From NCBI GenBank assembly GCA_951406725.2, contig OX597837.1, positions 30,442,001 to 30,506,000 of the forward strand: DNA of 64,000 bases, given 5' to 3'. Positions 46,316 through 60,699 of the stretch are shown here, piece by piece (within the stretch, counting starts at the first letter, position 1; the number at the start of each line of letters is the position of its first letter). The notes beneath the pieces were generated by a model. That model was not told the DNA's origin and made no database searches. It saw nothing but the letters and a program-made list of their open reading frames with translations. A program made the position numbers and the translations under genes. The DNA is from Octopus vulgaris (taxonomy: Eukaryota).

Positions 46316-46899
46316 ATACTTCCAAAATGGGACTTCGTCTATGTGTACAACCTCGTGGGGAGGTCACGATGCCTTGGGAGGTGGGGTTGCGTAGCCTTGC
46401 TAGAAGTGGCTTGGGATAATAATAATTAATTAAAATGCAAATCAAGCAACTGGTAGTAGGGCATCGCGTGGGTTTCAAGCTTTTGGGTAAGGGGTCGCGA
46501 GTGCAAAAACGTTAGTAACCGCTATTGTAGAGTATGAGAATATCAGGTGAGGGAAGTGAGAGATGAGAATAAATTAAAATGAAAGTTTTTTTAATTTCAT
46601 TGATTCTCACAGATCATGGTAAGAGACAGAAATGTTTACTCTTTTACTTGTTTCAGTCATTTAACAGTGGCCATGCTGGAGCACCGCCTTTAGTCGAGCA
46701 AGTCGATCCCAGGACTTATTCTTTGTAAGCCTAGTACTTATTCTATCGGTCTTTTTTTGCCTAACCGCTAAGTTATGGGGATGTAAACACCAGCATCGGT
46801 TGTCAAGCGATGTTGGGGGGACAAACACGGAGACACAAACATATACACACATACATACATACATACATACATACATACATACATACATACATACATACA

Positions 46900-47400
46900 T
46901 GTCACCAGCCACAAAGAGAAGGTCCCTGTCATTCGTCAACAAGGTAGTCTGCAAGAGGGTGTCATAGAATTGGTCTTTCTGTCCATCGGGTAGCCCCGGC
47001 TGAGGGGCATAGGCCGAGATAATGGTTGCTAATCCATGATGAAGCACTAATCTAATCTTAAGTATTCTGTTGAATACTCTGACTACCTCGATTACCTTAT
47101 CCACCCATTTCTCAGCAAAAAGTATACCTGCTTGCCCAACCTCGTCAGTGTTCCCCGCCCAGAAAATCTTGTACCTGTGTTCTTTGCCTGTGAGGAACCT
47201 AGCAGAACCTCCTCTCCACCTTACTTCTTGGATGCAGCACATATCAACACATCTTCGCTCAAGCATCTCAACAATCTCACCAGACCTACCTTTCAGTGTG
47301 CCAATGTTGAGAGTGTCAACCTTGAGAGTGTGGGAGGTATGGTCCCATGAGACCCTGGGACAGGGGACAGTAGCTTCATGTACCTGAAAGGAAAGTTCGC
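46900..47400 (-). mobile_element. RTE-like LINE AP-endonuclease fragment, joined to a SINE A 3' half at 46636-46850
   Basis: TLNIGTL, CIQEVRW, IISAYAPQ, VAGD motifs. Confidence 0.85.
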
Positions 47401-47830
47401 ATTTGGTAGAATTCATAAGCAAACAATAGCCTGCATGCACTACACTATCATATTTTTGCACTATATGATCACTACCTTACATAGGAGATAACCCTGAGTT
47501 GGAGTGGGGAAGGCATAAAGCCTTTAGAAGTGTTCATGAGAGACAACCAGAGGAGGAAAAGGATAGGGCGGGCGCACTGCGAACTAGGAAGTTTAGATGA
47601 GAGCATCTTCTGTGTGATAAACTTTAATAGATGAATGAATCAATGAATATGTTACGGTTAGGGAAATGCATGAACTAAGGTTATTTTAAGGCGACAACAA
47701 GGAAGACGAAACTATTGAAAACTATATTTACATGATGACATGGTACTGAAATAGACAGAATAATGAAAAAGAACTAATAGGGGTTTATGATCTGTGCAGA
47801 AATAGAGGGGTAGATGAAACGAGGTCGAAA

Positions 47831-48440
47831 AGACAAACTTCTTATCTGAGCACAAGAACTACTTTTTATCTGAGCAGGACAAACTTCTCATCTGAGCAAA
47901 AGGCCTACTTCTTATCTGAGCACTTGACAAACTTCTTATCTGAGCACAAGACAAACTTCTCATCTGAGCACTTGACAAACTTCTTATCTGAGCACAAGAC
48001 CTACTTCTTATCTGAGCACCAGACCTACTTCTTATTTGAGAACAAGACAAACTTCTTATCTGAGCACAAGACAAACTTCTTATCTGAGCACTAGACAAAC
48101 TTCTTATCTGAGCACAAGACAAACTTCTTATCTGAGTGCTAGACAAACTTCTTATCTGAGCACAAGGCCTACTTCTTATCTGAGCACAAGACTTACTTCT
48201 TATCTGAGCACAATACCTACTTCTTATCTGAGCACAAGACAAACTTCTCATCTGAGCACAAGACAAACTTCTTATCTGAGCACAAGACCTTCTTCTTATC
48301 TGAGCACAAGACAAACTTCTCATCTGAGCACAAGACCTACTTTTTATCTGAGCACAAGACAAACTTCTTATCTGAGCACAAGACAAACTTTTTATCTGAG
48401 TACAAGACAAACTTCTTATCTGAGCACAAGACAAACTTCT
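47831..48440. repeat. 24 bp minisatellite (acaaacttcttatctgagcacaag)n, about 25 units
   Basis: Directly visible tandem array. Confidence 0.95.
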
Positions 48441-48700
48441 TAATAATAAAGATTATGGTGCCCCAGCATGGCCGCGGCCTTTGGGCTAAAACATTTTAAA
48501 GGATTTTTAAGGATTTATACACACACACACATCACAAGACTACATAATACTGTGACAAATGTATCAGGTGTGTATCAAAATTTTGACTAGACAGTGACGA
48601 ACCTTAAAGGAAAAAGTAATGCGATGAAAGTTATAAAACAACATCAGTCACCATCATATCCTAATTTTCCTTTTCTCATCTCTTTTTCTTTGTACTTTAG

Positions 48701-48728
48701 GGGCAACATGACTCACAGCGTCCTCAAC
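48701..48728 (+). CDS. TNF-like gene C, micro-exon 2 (GQHDSQRPQ)
   Basis: tactttag acceptor, caac|gtaagt donor, 28 nt, phase 0 to 1. Confidence 0.75.
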
Positions 48729-49328
48729 GTAAGTTATTTTCATTCATTTTCCATGTGTCTTTAAAATCATTTAACACTGCAACATATTGTAATGCTAATC
48801 AAATCTCTAAACGTGTCCTCAATATATTACAACCTTAAAATAGGCAACTTGAAAAATATCAGACATACTAAAGAAACAAATAGCAAAATATTTGAATGAA
48901 ATTTCCACAATAATTAACTGGACCATGATTTCAGATGACACTTTGATAAGATGAAGCCTCTTGTGTACATGCTTACTAGAATTGTCCTATCAGTCTGAGC
49001 AAGGCATCGCTGCTGTACAACTGAATATGTTAAAGCTCATGAAACTACAATGTGATGGGTGTAATATAAGGATACTTACATAGTCCTGGATCTCTTTTCA
49101 TTAATGGTTAATAATTGTTTTCCATGTAGAAAATTTTCGTTATAATAATAATGATTGTAAAACAGTTAATATGTTGTATGGCTATATATTAGATGATAAT
49201 CTGAAGTATTCAATATATGAAATGCATCAGGAAGTGTCCTGTCTTCTGTCTTAGTCTTTTGCCAGATATTGAACCTGTATTCAAATATATCCTTCTCACT
49301 GTCTGCTTTCTTTCTTCTTACCTTTCAG

Positions 49329-49376
49329 CTCAATTTGCTCGTTTCGATCTAAAAACAAGCGGTTACAGTGAATTAG
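49329..49376 (+). CDS. TNF-like gene C, micro-exon 3 (PQFARFDLKTSGYSEL)
   Basis: ctttcag acceptor, ttag|gtaagc donor, 48 nt, paralogous to 2589-2636. Confidence 0.78.
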
Positions 49377-49769
49377 GTAAGCTAATTTATACAGATTTAA
49401 ATAACTACAGTTACAGATTTACTCTAATTTTTACTATTACAGTATTGATTAAAATACTTTCATTATAGAGTTGTTTTAGTGAGTACTATTATGTATTTGG
49501 GTTAACTCCTGTATTTTAGACTTAAGTACTATGAGAAACATGTATATTGAAAGACTTGGGCCAACTATAATTCTAATTAGAGACATGTAGTCTCCCTACT
49601 ACTACATTTGTCTGATAATACTATAGGTGGGAGGGGTTTACTGCTTGAGTCATGGTTTAACTATTACAGACCAAACAACAACCACCAAAACATATAAACA
49701 AAATACAAAAGAACAAATGCTACATCAATGAACAAGAGAATATTTTAACATCAATAACATGGTATTTTA

Positions 49770-50272
49770 ACAAAGTGTGTTAGAGAAAATCGGGATGCTG
49801 TCAGAGAGAAATGTGTCTACATAGGTAATGGTTCACTTGCAGTTAGTAATCCTGCAAAGAAGGAAGCCAGTATGAAAGGTCACTAAATATTGAGAGTGCA
49901 GGATAATGCAGGAGCAAATGAGTGGCTTGTAATAATGGTACTGCCAGTAGGGTGAGAGTCAGCCATGAATACAGTGATGAATTTAGTGTACAAGTAGGGG
50001 TTCACCAGAGCTTAATTCTCAGTCTACTTTTATTCATCATAGCCTTACAGGCCATAACAGAGGAATTCAAAAAGGGATGCCCATGGGAACTTCTTTATGC
50101 TGGTAACCTCACTCTTACAGCAGAATATGCAGCAGAATTGGAGAAGAAATTCTGGGTATGGAAGCAAAACCTGGAATCAAAGGGCTTTAAAGTAAACCTA
50201 GTGAAGACCAAAGTTGTTAGCAAGAAAACAGATAAGACTCTCTTTCTGTCAGGTATATGGTGCTGTCTTTGA
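49770..50272 (+). mobile_element. RTE-like LINE RT fragment
   Basis: FSVQVGVHQ..LSLLLFII..PWELLYAGNL (degenerate YADD). Confidence 0.75.
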
Positions 50273-50640
50273 GTGAATTTATTGAAAGAGGGGTGATAAT
50301 GGCAAGAGTGGATGGTACCACTCTAAGTATAGACCTGTAAGTTGGAAAGCAGGAATTGGAGAGGGTACTTGTCTTTGATGTTCAGAGAGATCTTTGATGG
50401 TGGGTTTCTTCAATTGGCCTAAGAGATTCTCCTTTATCACGAGGGTCACATCAATATCCCCTTTTTTTACTGATGCATGCTATTTATACATTTTGGTTAT
50501 ATTGTATGCCATGTACACTTTCTACATTTTTTTTATCATTCCATTCTATATAATTCTTTACATTTTATGTCTGTCATCCATTGCCTCCTGGTGGAAAATA
50601 AAAGAAATCAGTGCCATTATCATTATTATTTCTTTTTCAG

Positions 50641-51011
50641 ATGAAAAAACTATCTTACAGTGGGTGAGAGTAGAAACTCAGAATGCAGGCAACATCATAT
50701 TGGTTAATGGATCTTACATTTTAATACCACAAGATGGCAGGTACGAAATAGATGGCTCAGTGCAGATGTACATTCCACCAAATACTCCTACATTACATAT
50801 AATTTTGATCTTAAAGGGAAAGAATGTTAAACCCCATAGATACATTAAACATAGTTCAAGTAACTCAGATACATCAGAACATTTTCTCATACCAATTACA
50901 TTTCAACACAAATTTAAAGCTCAGGATCTAATCTGTGTGGAGATGAACAAGGCTAGGTTTATCAGCCGGGATAAAGATACAAGCTATTTGACCATCACTA
51001 ACTTAGACTAA
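50641..51011 (+). CDS. TNF-like gene C, terminal exon 4 (TNF homology domain)
   Basis: tttttcag acceptor. Reads EKTILQW..GNIILVNGSYILIPQDGRYEIDGSVQM..TSYLTITNLD then stop. Confidence 0.8.
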
Positions 51012-51214
51012 AATAGTCTTCAAAGAAATGTTGGTACTATGCATTAGACACAGATCAACCATTTCCTTAAAAGTGTCTCTTTGACTTTAAAACATTTTGT
51101 GAATAAGGGGTTCTTTTGAATTCTTCTTTCTTGTTATCAGTTTTAATCAATCGTTTGTGGTTATATTGAAGTATTTCTTTGGAGATAATCTTTATATCCA
51201 AGGCATCCATATTT

Positions 51215-51680
51215 ACATATATATATTTAATTTTTCATAGAACTTCTCATCGTCCTTCTTGGCACCTTAAGAAAAAATAATTGTTTTAGTGATGACCACA
51301 CTCTATCCTTTTTTTCATTATTTTCCCCATCCAAGTTTGACTTAGCTTTTCATCATTTTGGGGTTGATAAATTAAGAACCAATGGCATACTGTGGTCAAT
51401 CTAATCGACTGGACCCTTCACCAAAATTTCAGGCCTTGTGCCTGGTCAATCTAATCGACTGGACCCTTCACCAAAATTTCAGGCCCTGTGCCTAGAGTAG
51501 AAAAGATTATTTTTCCCATCCTAAATGAGGTCCCCAATGTTAAAAAACTAACTAAATAAATAAACGGTAAAAAAACGTTCCAAACCAAAAAGAAATCCCT
51601 TTCAAGGCTGATAAAATTAGTATCACTTACAAACTATGGTCAATGTAATCGACTTAATCCCTTCCCCTAAAATTTGAGGC

Positions 51681-51718
<38 letters not shown>

Positions 51719-51998
51719 ACCAAGTGAGTTAGGGGTTGTGGATACAACCCACTAAGGGATAATACTTATCCAATATACTGTTGGTATAATGCCCAAATTA
51801 TTAATACACAATTAATACACAAATTATTAATACTAATATATATATTTGAATCTCCTACAGTGTGTATTGTGAAATGAAAATAATACAGAAACTATTATTA
51901 TTGTTATTATTAATAATAATAATGCTAGTAATAATTAAATATTATATATGTACTCATAGACATGGACGTATGTGTAGTGCTCCAGTATGTGTGTGTGC

Positions 51999-52032
<34 letters not shown>

Positions 52033-52355
52033 CGTGATGCATATATGCCATTTGAATATGGCTAACCCAAAAGGGTGGATGCTACTGTAGTTTGTAGCCC
52101 CAGGAAGACACCTCCTCGATTAGATTGACCAGGCACAAGGCCTGAAATTTTGGTGAAGGGTCCAGTCGATTAGATTGACCACAGTATGCCATTGGTTCTT
52201 AATTTATCAACCCCAAAATGATGAAAAGCTAAGTCAAACTTGGATGGGAAAATAATGAAAAAAAGGATAGAGTGTGGTCATCACTAAAACAATTATTTTT
52301 TCTTAAGATGCCAAGAAGGACGATGAGAAGTTCCATGAAAAATTAAATATATATA
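51215..52355. repeat. Inverted duplication (arms ~51215-51458 and ~52116-52355)
   Basis: Near-perfect reverse complement; includes part of a ~50 bp tandem unit. Confidence 0.85.
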
Positions 52356-52385
52356 TATATACATGTATATATATATACTCTTTCT

Positions 52386-52915
<530 letters not shown>

Positions 52916-52974
52916 ATATATATATATATACATATTTATATTTATTGATTTGTATCTTGTTTCGTGTATATATT

Positions 52975-53330
52975 AATATCTTTAATGTACTTTATAATCT
53001 TTGACAATGCCTGCAGCCTCAATAAATTGAATTGTAAGATTCCAATAATTTACATTAAGGTTTTTATAATCGTATTCTTATCTTATATGTATTGAATTTT
53101 AATGCTCTGCCTGGCTCAGGAATTGAAACCATGATATTGTGATCATGAATGCAATACACAAGCCACTATTCATGCACCTTGTCTTTTGGAGTTATGCAAT
53201 CACAGTTGAAAGTTTTTTAATATTTATCTAAAGTTTAACATAAAAGTGATATATTTATACCCACAAATCAAATCATTGTATTTTTCTAAATTATGAATAA
53301 ATATAGTCATTAACTATTCTTCTTCTTCTT
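52975..53330. repeat. Near-identical copy of 30491-30845 (downstream flank shared by genes B and C)
   Basis: atatctttaatgtactttataatc ... gtcattaactattcttcttc, with only a few substitutions. Confidence 0.9.
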
Positions 53331-53832
53331 CTCTTCTTCTTATTATTATTATTATTGTTATCATTATTATTGTTATTGTCGTTGTTATTATTATTATTAT
53401 TATTATCATTATTTACAGAAGTGTAAAAGTCGGCACTGCCTAAAAAAACCATTCACAGTAAAAAAAAACACAACTATGAACTGCGCCTAAAGAAATATAA
53501 AAAGGATATAGCTAATTATGAAATCGTAGCAGGCAATCGGATGATGTGAAAATAGTAGGTTAAGGGGAATAACTTTAAATATCTTATTAAATATCAGTTT
53601 TCACATTTTTGAATGCAGCCCCCTTGGATACAACCGACCGAGAAAACGTTTATGAATTTGGATAAGTTTGTATATTAATCTAAATAAGAGGAAGATATTC
53701 CTCAAAGGAGGTGGGCATGGTTGAAACAGTATTGAACCTGATACAGGACAATATCTGCAAATGACAAAGAAAGTGGTTGTCTGCAACTGAGGTGATGACC
53801 ATAATATAAATATACGTACGTACATGTGTGTA

Positions 53833-53867
<35 letters not shown>

Positions 53868-54696
53868 ATGTATGTATGTTTATGTTAGGTCACTTTTGAG
53901 TGCTACTGGTAACATGTAACCCGGTATAACCTGTTGCATGGTCGGGTCGTCGGCGACTAAACCGGCAACCCCTCCAAGCTTGCTTGGTGAGGAGCATGTT
54001 TATTGGACACCCTGAGGGATGAAAAACAAAACCCGTCAAAGGGCGGAGGAACTCTTGAGAGTCAACGGTCATCCAATAAATGTGTTAAGGAGGTATCATG
54101 CGCGGGGACATAGAAATAATCGGACTGAATACCCTATCGCGCGGTTAAACCATTGGGAGTGAAGGACTCCTAGCCTTTGTTAGGGCATCCTTCTAGGAGA
54201 AGGTAACTCAGGTAACTGGGATAACTCCGACATAAAACCTGCGGCTCAGTGGTTACCGATGATGTTGACTTGTTCTTCTTTTCGGATTTTGGCTGCTGTT
54301 GCTTAGTGTGTGGGATTGACTCAGTGCACAGCCTTTCCTCACTTAAAAAAAAATCTTCTTACACAGGCATTGCACGATAACAACATTGATTAAGCTTCGT
54401 GCAATGGCCATACTCGATAGAGGAGGCAACCACCATGTATGTATGTATATTTGTATGTATGTATGTATGTATGTATGTATGTATGTATGTATGTATGTAT
54501 TGACCAGTAGTTTATTTCATTGACCGCTGAAGAGATGAAAAGTAATCTTTATTTCAGTGAGATTTGAACATAAAAATCCAGGAAAAATATCTCAAGGTGT
54601 TTGACCCGGCACGTTAATGATTGCGCCAAATTTCCACCCTTGGAAAACACGACGTAATATGAAAATGAGAGCGGTTGAGAGGAAAAGAGGAATGGA

Positions 54697-54732
<36 letters not shown>

Positions 54733-54998
54733 GGGAGAAAGAGAGGTAGGAACGAAAGAGAAAGAGTGGAGTAGAAAAAGAAAGCAATAAACAGAGAAAG
54801 TGAAAGAGTGAGAGGTTGGGTGAGAGGGAAAGAGAGAGAGAGAAAGACAGACATTCTGTAATTTATTGTAAATTGTGAAAAGAGGAGAGGGGTGAGGAAG
54901 ATAAAAGATATAAAATAAAGTGAAGTATTCATTTAATATCATTGTGAACTCAATAATTTTAAGATTGTATTGTGGCTGTTTGTTGAAAATTTGCGGAA

Positions 54999-55454
54999 AT
55001 GGCCGCAATAGACCCAAGACATCTTGACGAAGAGAAAAACTCCTCAGAATCGACGGCACACGACTTTTCGTCAGTAGCATCCCAGGTAAAGGAGAAGGAG
55101 AATCAGGAAATTGGACATAAAACTGAGGAATGCGAGGAAAATAGTGACGCACATGAAAATGAACCCCTTATATCTTCTAAAGCAACTGATCAAAATGCAG
55201 CACCTGTGGGTAGACAAATAATTAAGGAAGGTACTACACCAGGAGAAGAACTGAAGGTGACCATTAAGGATATTAAAAAAAGTGAAGAAGAACAACAAGA
55301 AGCGAAAAACGTCAAACGAAATACAGGCATAGAACCATGCACTTCACAATGGTGTAGAAAATTTAAATATGCAATCTTGTGCATTATTTCCATAGTATTT
55401 TTACTTATTGTTATTACTTTGATAATGGCAGTTGCTAATCATACTCAAATTAAG
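54999..55454 (+). CDS. TNF-like gene D, exon 1 (152 aa: acidic tail, CTSQWCRKFKY, TM helix AILCIISIVFLLIVITLIMAVA)
   Basis: Intact ORF from ATG, type II membrane topology, AAG|gtaatg donor in phase 0, homologous to gene C exon 1. Confidence 0.8.
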
Positions 55455-55522
55455 GTAATGTAACTTAATCTTATTTTTATTTAGCTTTTTTTTGTGTCTA
55501 ACAATTTACATAATTAGATGCG

Positions 55523-56177
55523 TAGGCGCAGGCGTGACTGTGTGGTATGAACTTGCCAACCGTATAGTTCCAGGTTCAGTCCCACTGCGTCACACCTTGG
55601 GTTGGTGTCTTTTACTATTGCATTGAGCCGACCAAATGGATTTGTGAATGGATTTGGTAGACGGAAACTGAAAGAAACACGTCGTATGTATGTATGTATG
55701 CATGTATGTATGTATGTATGTATGTATGTATGTATGTATGTATGTATGTATGTATGTATGTATGTATGTATGTATGTATGTATGTATGTATGTGTGTATG
55801 TATGTATGTATGTATGTATGTATGTATGTATGTATGTACGTATGTATGTGTGTGTGTATGTTTTTGTGTCTGTGTTTGTCCCGCCACCATCGCTTGACAA
55901 CCAATGTTAGTGTGTTTACGTCCCGTAACTTATAGAATCGGTGAAAGGGACCAATAGAATAAATACTAGGCTTACAAAGAATAAGTCCTGGGGTCAATAT
56001 CTTTCACTAAACAAACATTTAAGGCGGTGCTCCAGCATGGTCGCAGTCAAATGACTGAAACAAGTAAAAGACTATGAAAACACATATAGACCTTGCTAGT
56101 TATCTACCTACGTATAACACATATATTCACATATATACTCAATAGTAGGATTCGACACGCATGAATTCCGCCTCTAT

Positions 56178-56216
<39 letters not shown>

Positions 56217-56543
56217 GGATACATATATATATATAGGCGAAGGTCGGGTGTAAGAACACCTCCACCAACCGGTTTTTTTTGGTGTTTTTTTTTTCAAAAA
56301 TTTCTTTTGATTACTTTGTATTCGATATCGGAGGTTAGTCTCTTTTACTTGTTTCAGTCATTTGACTGTAGCCATGCTGGAGCATCGCCTTTAGTCGTAC
56401 GAATCGACCTCCAGGACTTATTCTTTGTAAGCCTAGTACTTATTCTGTCGGTCTCTCTTATGCCGAACCGCTAAGTTACGGGGACATGAACACACCAGCA
56501 TTGGTTGTCAAGCAATGTTGGTGGGACAAACACAAACACACAA

Positions 56544-56587
<44 letters not shown>

Positions 56588-58195
56588 GTGTGTATATATA
56601 CATATATACGACGGGCTTCTTTCAGTTTCCGTCTACCAAATCCACTCACAAGGCTTTGGTTGGCTCGAGGCTATAGCAGAAAACACTTGCCCAAGGTACC
56701 ACGCAGTGGGACTGAACCCGGAACCATGTGGTTCATAAGCAAGCTATTTACCACACAGCCACTTCCACTATTAAAAAAAAAAAAAGTGTCGTTAAGTCGA
56801 GGAAAAAATACTTTGCAGACATTTTTTCCGGATTCATAATCTATGAATTTAATCTATGTCACGAGTCAAGGTTGTGATATCGTCTTCAGCACACTGAAGG
56901 ATCGGTAGACGGAAGGGTATAAGTACCCCTTACCTTTCCGTTTCAAAAATGTCTTCAGATTCCACTGCTTTCCATATCGGAGATTACGATATTTGCTTTA
57001 AAAAAAATGAATAAATGAAACAATAGGTTTTTGCTAACAAAATAAAAAAACACGTTTTCAGAATTTTAATTTCCGCCTCCCCACCGCAATTTTTTTATCT
57101 CTCGCTTTTTTTTCCGAATATTTCTTTTATAATCCATGTAGGTTACAACGAATCTAGAAATTCTTTCCTTTTTAAATACTCTTTTACTTGTTTCAGTCAT
57201 TTGACTGCGGCCATGCTGGAGCACCGCCTTTAGTCGAGCAAATCGACTCCAGGACTTATTCTTTGTAAGCCTAGTACTTATTCTATCGGTCTGTTTTGCC
57301 GAACCGCTAAGTTACGGGGACGTAAACACACCAGCATCGGTTGTCAAGTGATGTTGGGGGGACAAACATAGACACACAAACATATATACACACACACACA
57401 CATATATATAAATACATATATACGACGGGCTTCTTTCAGTTTCCGTCTACCAAATCCACTCACAAGGTCTTTTTTGCTGAACCAGGTGGGGAGGGGGACA
57501 CACACAGACACACATATATATATAAATACATATATACGACGGGCTTCTTTCAGTTTCCCTCTACCAAATCCACTCACAAGGTAGAAGACACTTCCCTAAG
57601 GTGTCACGCAGTGGGACTGAACCCGGAACCATGTGGTTGGTAAACAAGCTACTTACCACACAGCCACTTCTGCGCCTATTTCAATTTTTGTTAGAAAATA
57701 CCCTCATCCCTTCCCGCTTTCCAAAAGCACAAAATCTCGGTATGGTTTACGCGTGTGTAAATTTTTTCTGTAACGGCGGACGAAAAAATTATCAAGCCTC
57801 CACCAAAAGATAAAGTAATAGGGCGATCCTTCGATATTGGTATCCAGAATGTCGGTATGAGAACAAGTCGTCATTCACCCTCTTTTTCAGTCTAACCTTT
57901 ATATCTATTTCATAAACGAAGTTTGTGTTGGTGAATGATGTCTACCAAATAGCGAAGGTGATAAAACAAGGCATCTAACAAATTATTTTGGCAATCCTTC
58001 GGTATTGGTTGAAAACATCGTTCACCTACACAAACTTCTCTTCTGCTATAGATAAAGAGGCTAGACTGAAACAAAGGGTGAATGACGTCTCTTCGTACCC
58101 AAACTCTGGAGGCCAATACCGAAAGATCGCCCAGTTATATTTTTTTCTCAGACATGCGCGCACGCAAACACACACACACACGCACACACACACAT

Positions 58196-58270
<75 letters not shown>

Positions 58271-58761
58271 CACACACAGCACAGAGGTTTGGTGCGGATC
58301 AACATTGTATAAATACCCATAATTAACGAAGTTTTCATTACGAATTATTTGCTAATTTTATATAAACAGGAGCGGCTGTGTGGTAAGTAGCTTGCTTACC
58401 AACCACATGGTTCCGGGTTCAGTCCCACTGTGTGGCATCTTGGGCAAGTGTCTTCTGCTATAGCTCCGGGCCGACTAATGCCTTGTGAGTGGATTTGGTA
58501 GACGGAAACTGAAAGAAGCCTGTCGTATATATGTATATATATATGTATATATGTGTATGTGTGTGTGTCTGTTTGTCCCCCTAGCATTGCTTGACAACCG
58601 TTGCTGGTGTGTTTACGTCCACGTCACTTAGCGGTTCGGCAAAAGAAGACCGATAGAATAAATACTGGGCTTACAAAGAATAAGTCCCGGGGTCGATTTG
58701 CTCGACTAAAGTCGGTGCTTCAGCATGGCCGCAGTCAAATGACTGAAACAAGTAAAAGAGT
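55523..58761. mobile_element. Cluster of four SINE A copies (55523-56070 +, 56340-56765 -, 57177-57677 -, 58366-58761 +)
   Basis: Family matches within gene D intron 1. Confidence 0.8.
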
Positions 58762-59242
58762 AAACACAACGCGAAAACAATTTGTGGTATGACATCAAAA
58801 TTGAAACAGAAATGAAAGGTTGAGACTTAGGTGGAAAAAAGAAGTATCGTTAAAACGAAGAAAAAATATTTCCAGACATTTTTACCAGATTCGTAATCTC
58901 TGTCTATATTTGTAACGAGGGAAGGTTGTGATGTCGTCTGCTTCTCAAACTATTTGATGTGGTGTATCGGCAGTTATTATTACTTTTTTTCTCCAATATT
59001 TCATATTTATTTTGTAAACAATAAAGACAATATTACAATAAGCATTTTATAATCATATACTAATGTTTCTTTCTTTTCTGGAAACTCGCCGCGTACCGGC
59101 AGCTGATGGCTCGCGGACCACCACTTTCAGTAGCGCTGGTCTACAGTGTGTGTATGCATGTGTATAAGGAATTTCATTAGGGCGACAAAGGGATTAAAAA
59201 CAGGTTTCAATAGCGTACTTTTCTGTTAGTAAATATATTCTT

Positions 59243-59291
<49 letters not shown>

Positions 59292-60600
59292 CACACATGC
59301 ACACACACACATGCACACAAACACACATACACACACACAAACACACACGTACACACACACACACACATACACACATGCACACACACAGCACAGAGGTTCG
59401 TTGCGGATCAACATTGTATAAATACCCATATTTAACCAAGTTTTCAGTACGAATTATTTGCTAATTTTATATAAACACAAACGCGAAAACAATTTGTGGT
59501 AAGGCATCGAAATTGAAACAGATATGGAGGTTATGAAGGTTGTGATGTCGTCTGCTTCTCAAACTATTTGATGTGGTGTATCGGCAGTTATTATTATTAT
59601 TTTTCTCCAATATTTTATATTTATTTTGTAAACAATAAAGACAATATTACAATAAGCATTTTATAATCATATACTAATGTTTCTTTCTTTTCTGGAAACT
59701 CGCCGCGTACCGGCAGCTGATGGCTCGCGGACCACCACTTTGAGTAGCGCTGGTCTACAGTGTGTGTATGCATGTGTATAAGGAATTTCATTAGGGCGAC
59801 AAAGGGATTAAAAACAGGTTTCAATAGCGTACTTTTCTGTTAGTAAATATATTCTTTCTTACACACACACACACACACACACACATGCACACAAACACAC
59901 ATACACATAGACACACAAAACACACACACACACACACACACACATGCACACAAACACACATACACATAGACACACACACACACACGCACACACAGCACAG
60001 AGGTTCGTTGCGGATCAACATTGTATAAATACCCATATTTAACCAAGTTTTCAGTACGAATTATTTGCTAATTTTATATAAACACAAACGCGAAAACAAT
60101 TTGTGGTAAGGCATCGAAATTGAAACAGAAATGAAAAGTTGAGACTTTGGGGGAAAAAAAGAAGTATCGTTAAAACGAAGAAAAAATATTTCCAGACATT
60201 TTTACCAGATTCGTAATCTCTGTCTATATTTGTCACGAGGGAAGGTTGTGATGTCGTCTGCTTCTCAAACTACTGGCAGTTATCATTATTTTTTTTCTCC
60301 CAATATTTTATATTTATTTTGTAAACATTAATGCAATATTACAATAAGCATTTTATAAGCATTTTATAAGCATTTTATAATCATATTCTAATGTTTCTTT
60401 CGTTGTGGTGTGGCATCAAAATAGAAACAGATATGGAGGTTATGAAGGTTGTCATGTCGTCTGCTTCTCAAACTACTGGCAGTTATCATTATTTTTTTCC
60501 CCCAATATTTTATATTTATTTTGTAAACAATAAATACAATATTACAATAAGCATTTTATAATGTTTCTTTCTTTTCTGGAAACTCGCCGCGTACCGGCAA
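58190..60600. repeat. Complex tandem duplication, ~600-700 bp units
   Basis: gaaggttgtgatgtcgtctgcttctcaaacta recurs at 58921, 59536, 60241 and 60444. gcggatcaacattgtataaatacccat occurs three times. Confidence 0.85.
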
Positions 60601-60699
60601 AAAAATAAAATGACGTCAGATTTTTCTTCTTTCACTTCTGACATCCAAAGGCATGACAGTGCCAACAAACGAACAAAAAAGGGACATATGAAGTAAAAA

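Noticed and set aside
47859-48443. 191 aa and 135 aa repeat proteins; CRISPR-like appearance
   Set aside because: Head-to-tail 24 bp minisatellite with no unique spacers, in a eukaryotic intron.
50394-50640. Hydrophobic N-terminal extension of the 205 aa ORF as a TM or signal peptide
   Set aside because: T-rich intron sequence upstream of a clear acceptor at 50640, not conserved in paralogs. The same applies to 29117-29204.
54575-54660. Possible NF-kB or C/EBP sites upstream of gene D
   Set aside because: Only partial consensus matches, expected by chance in AT-rich DNA.
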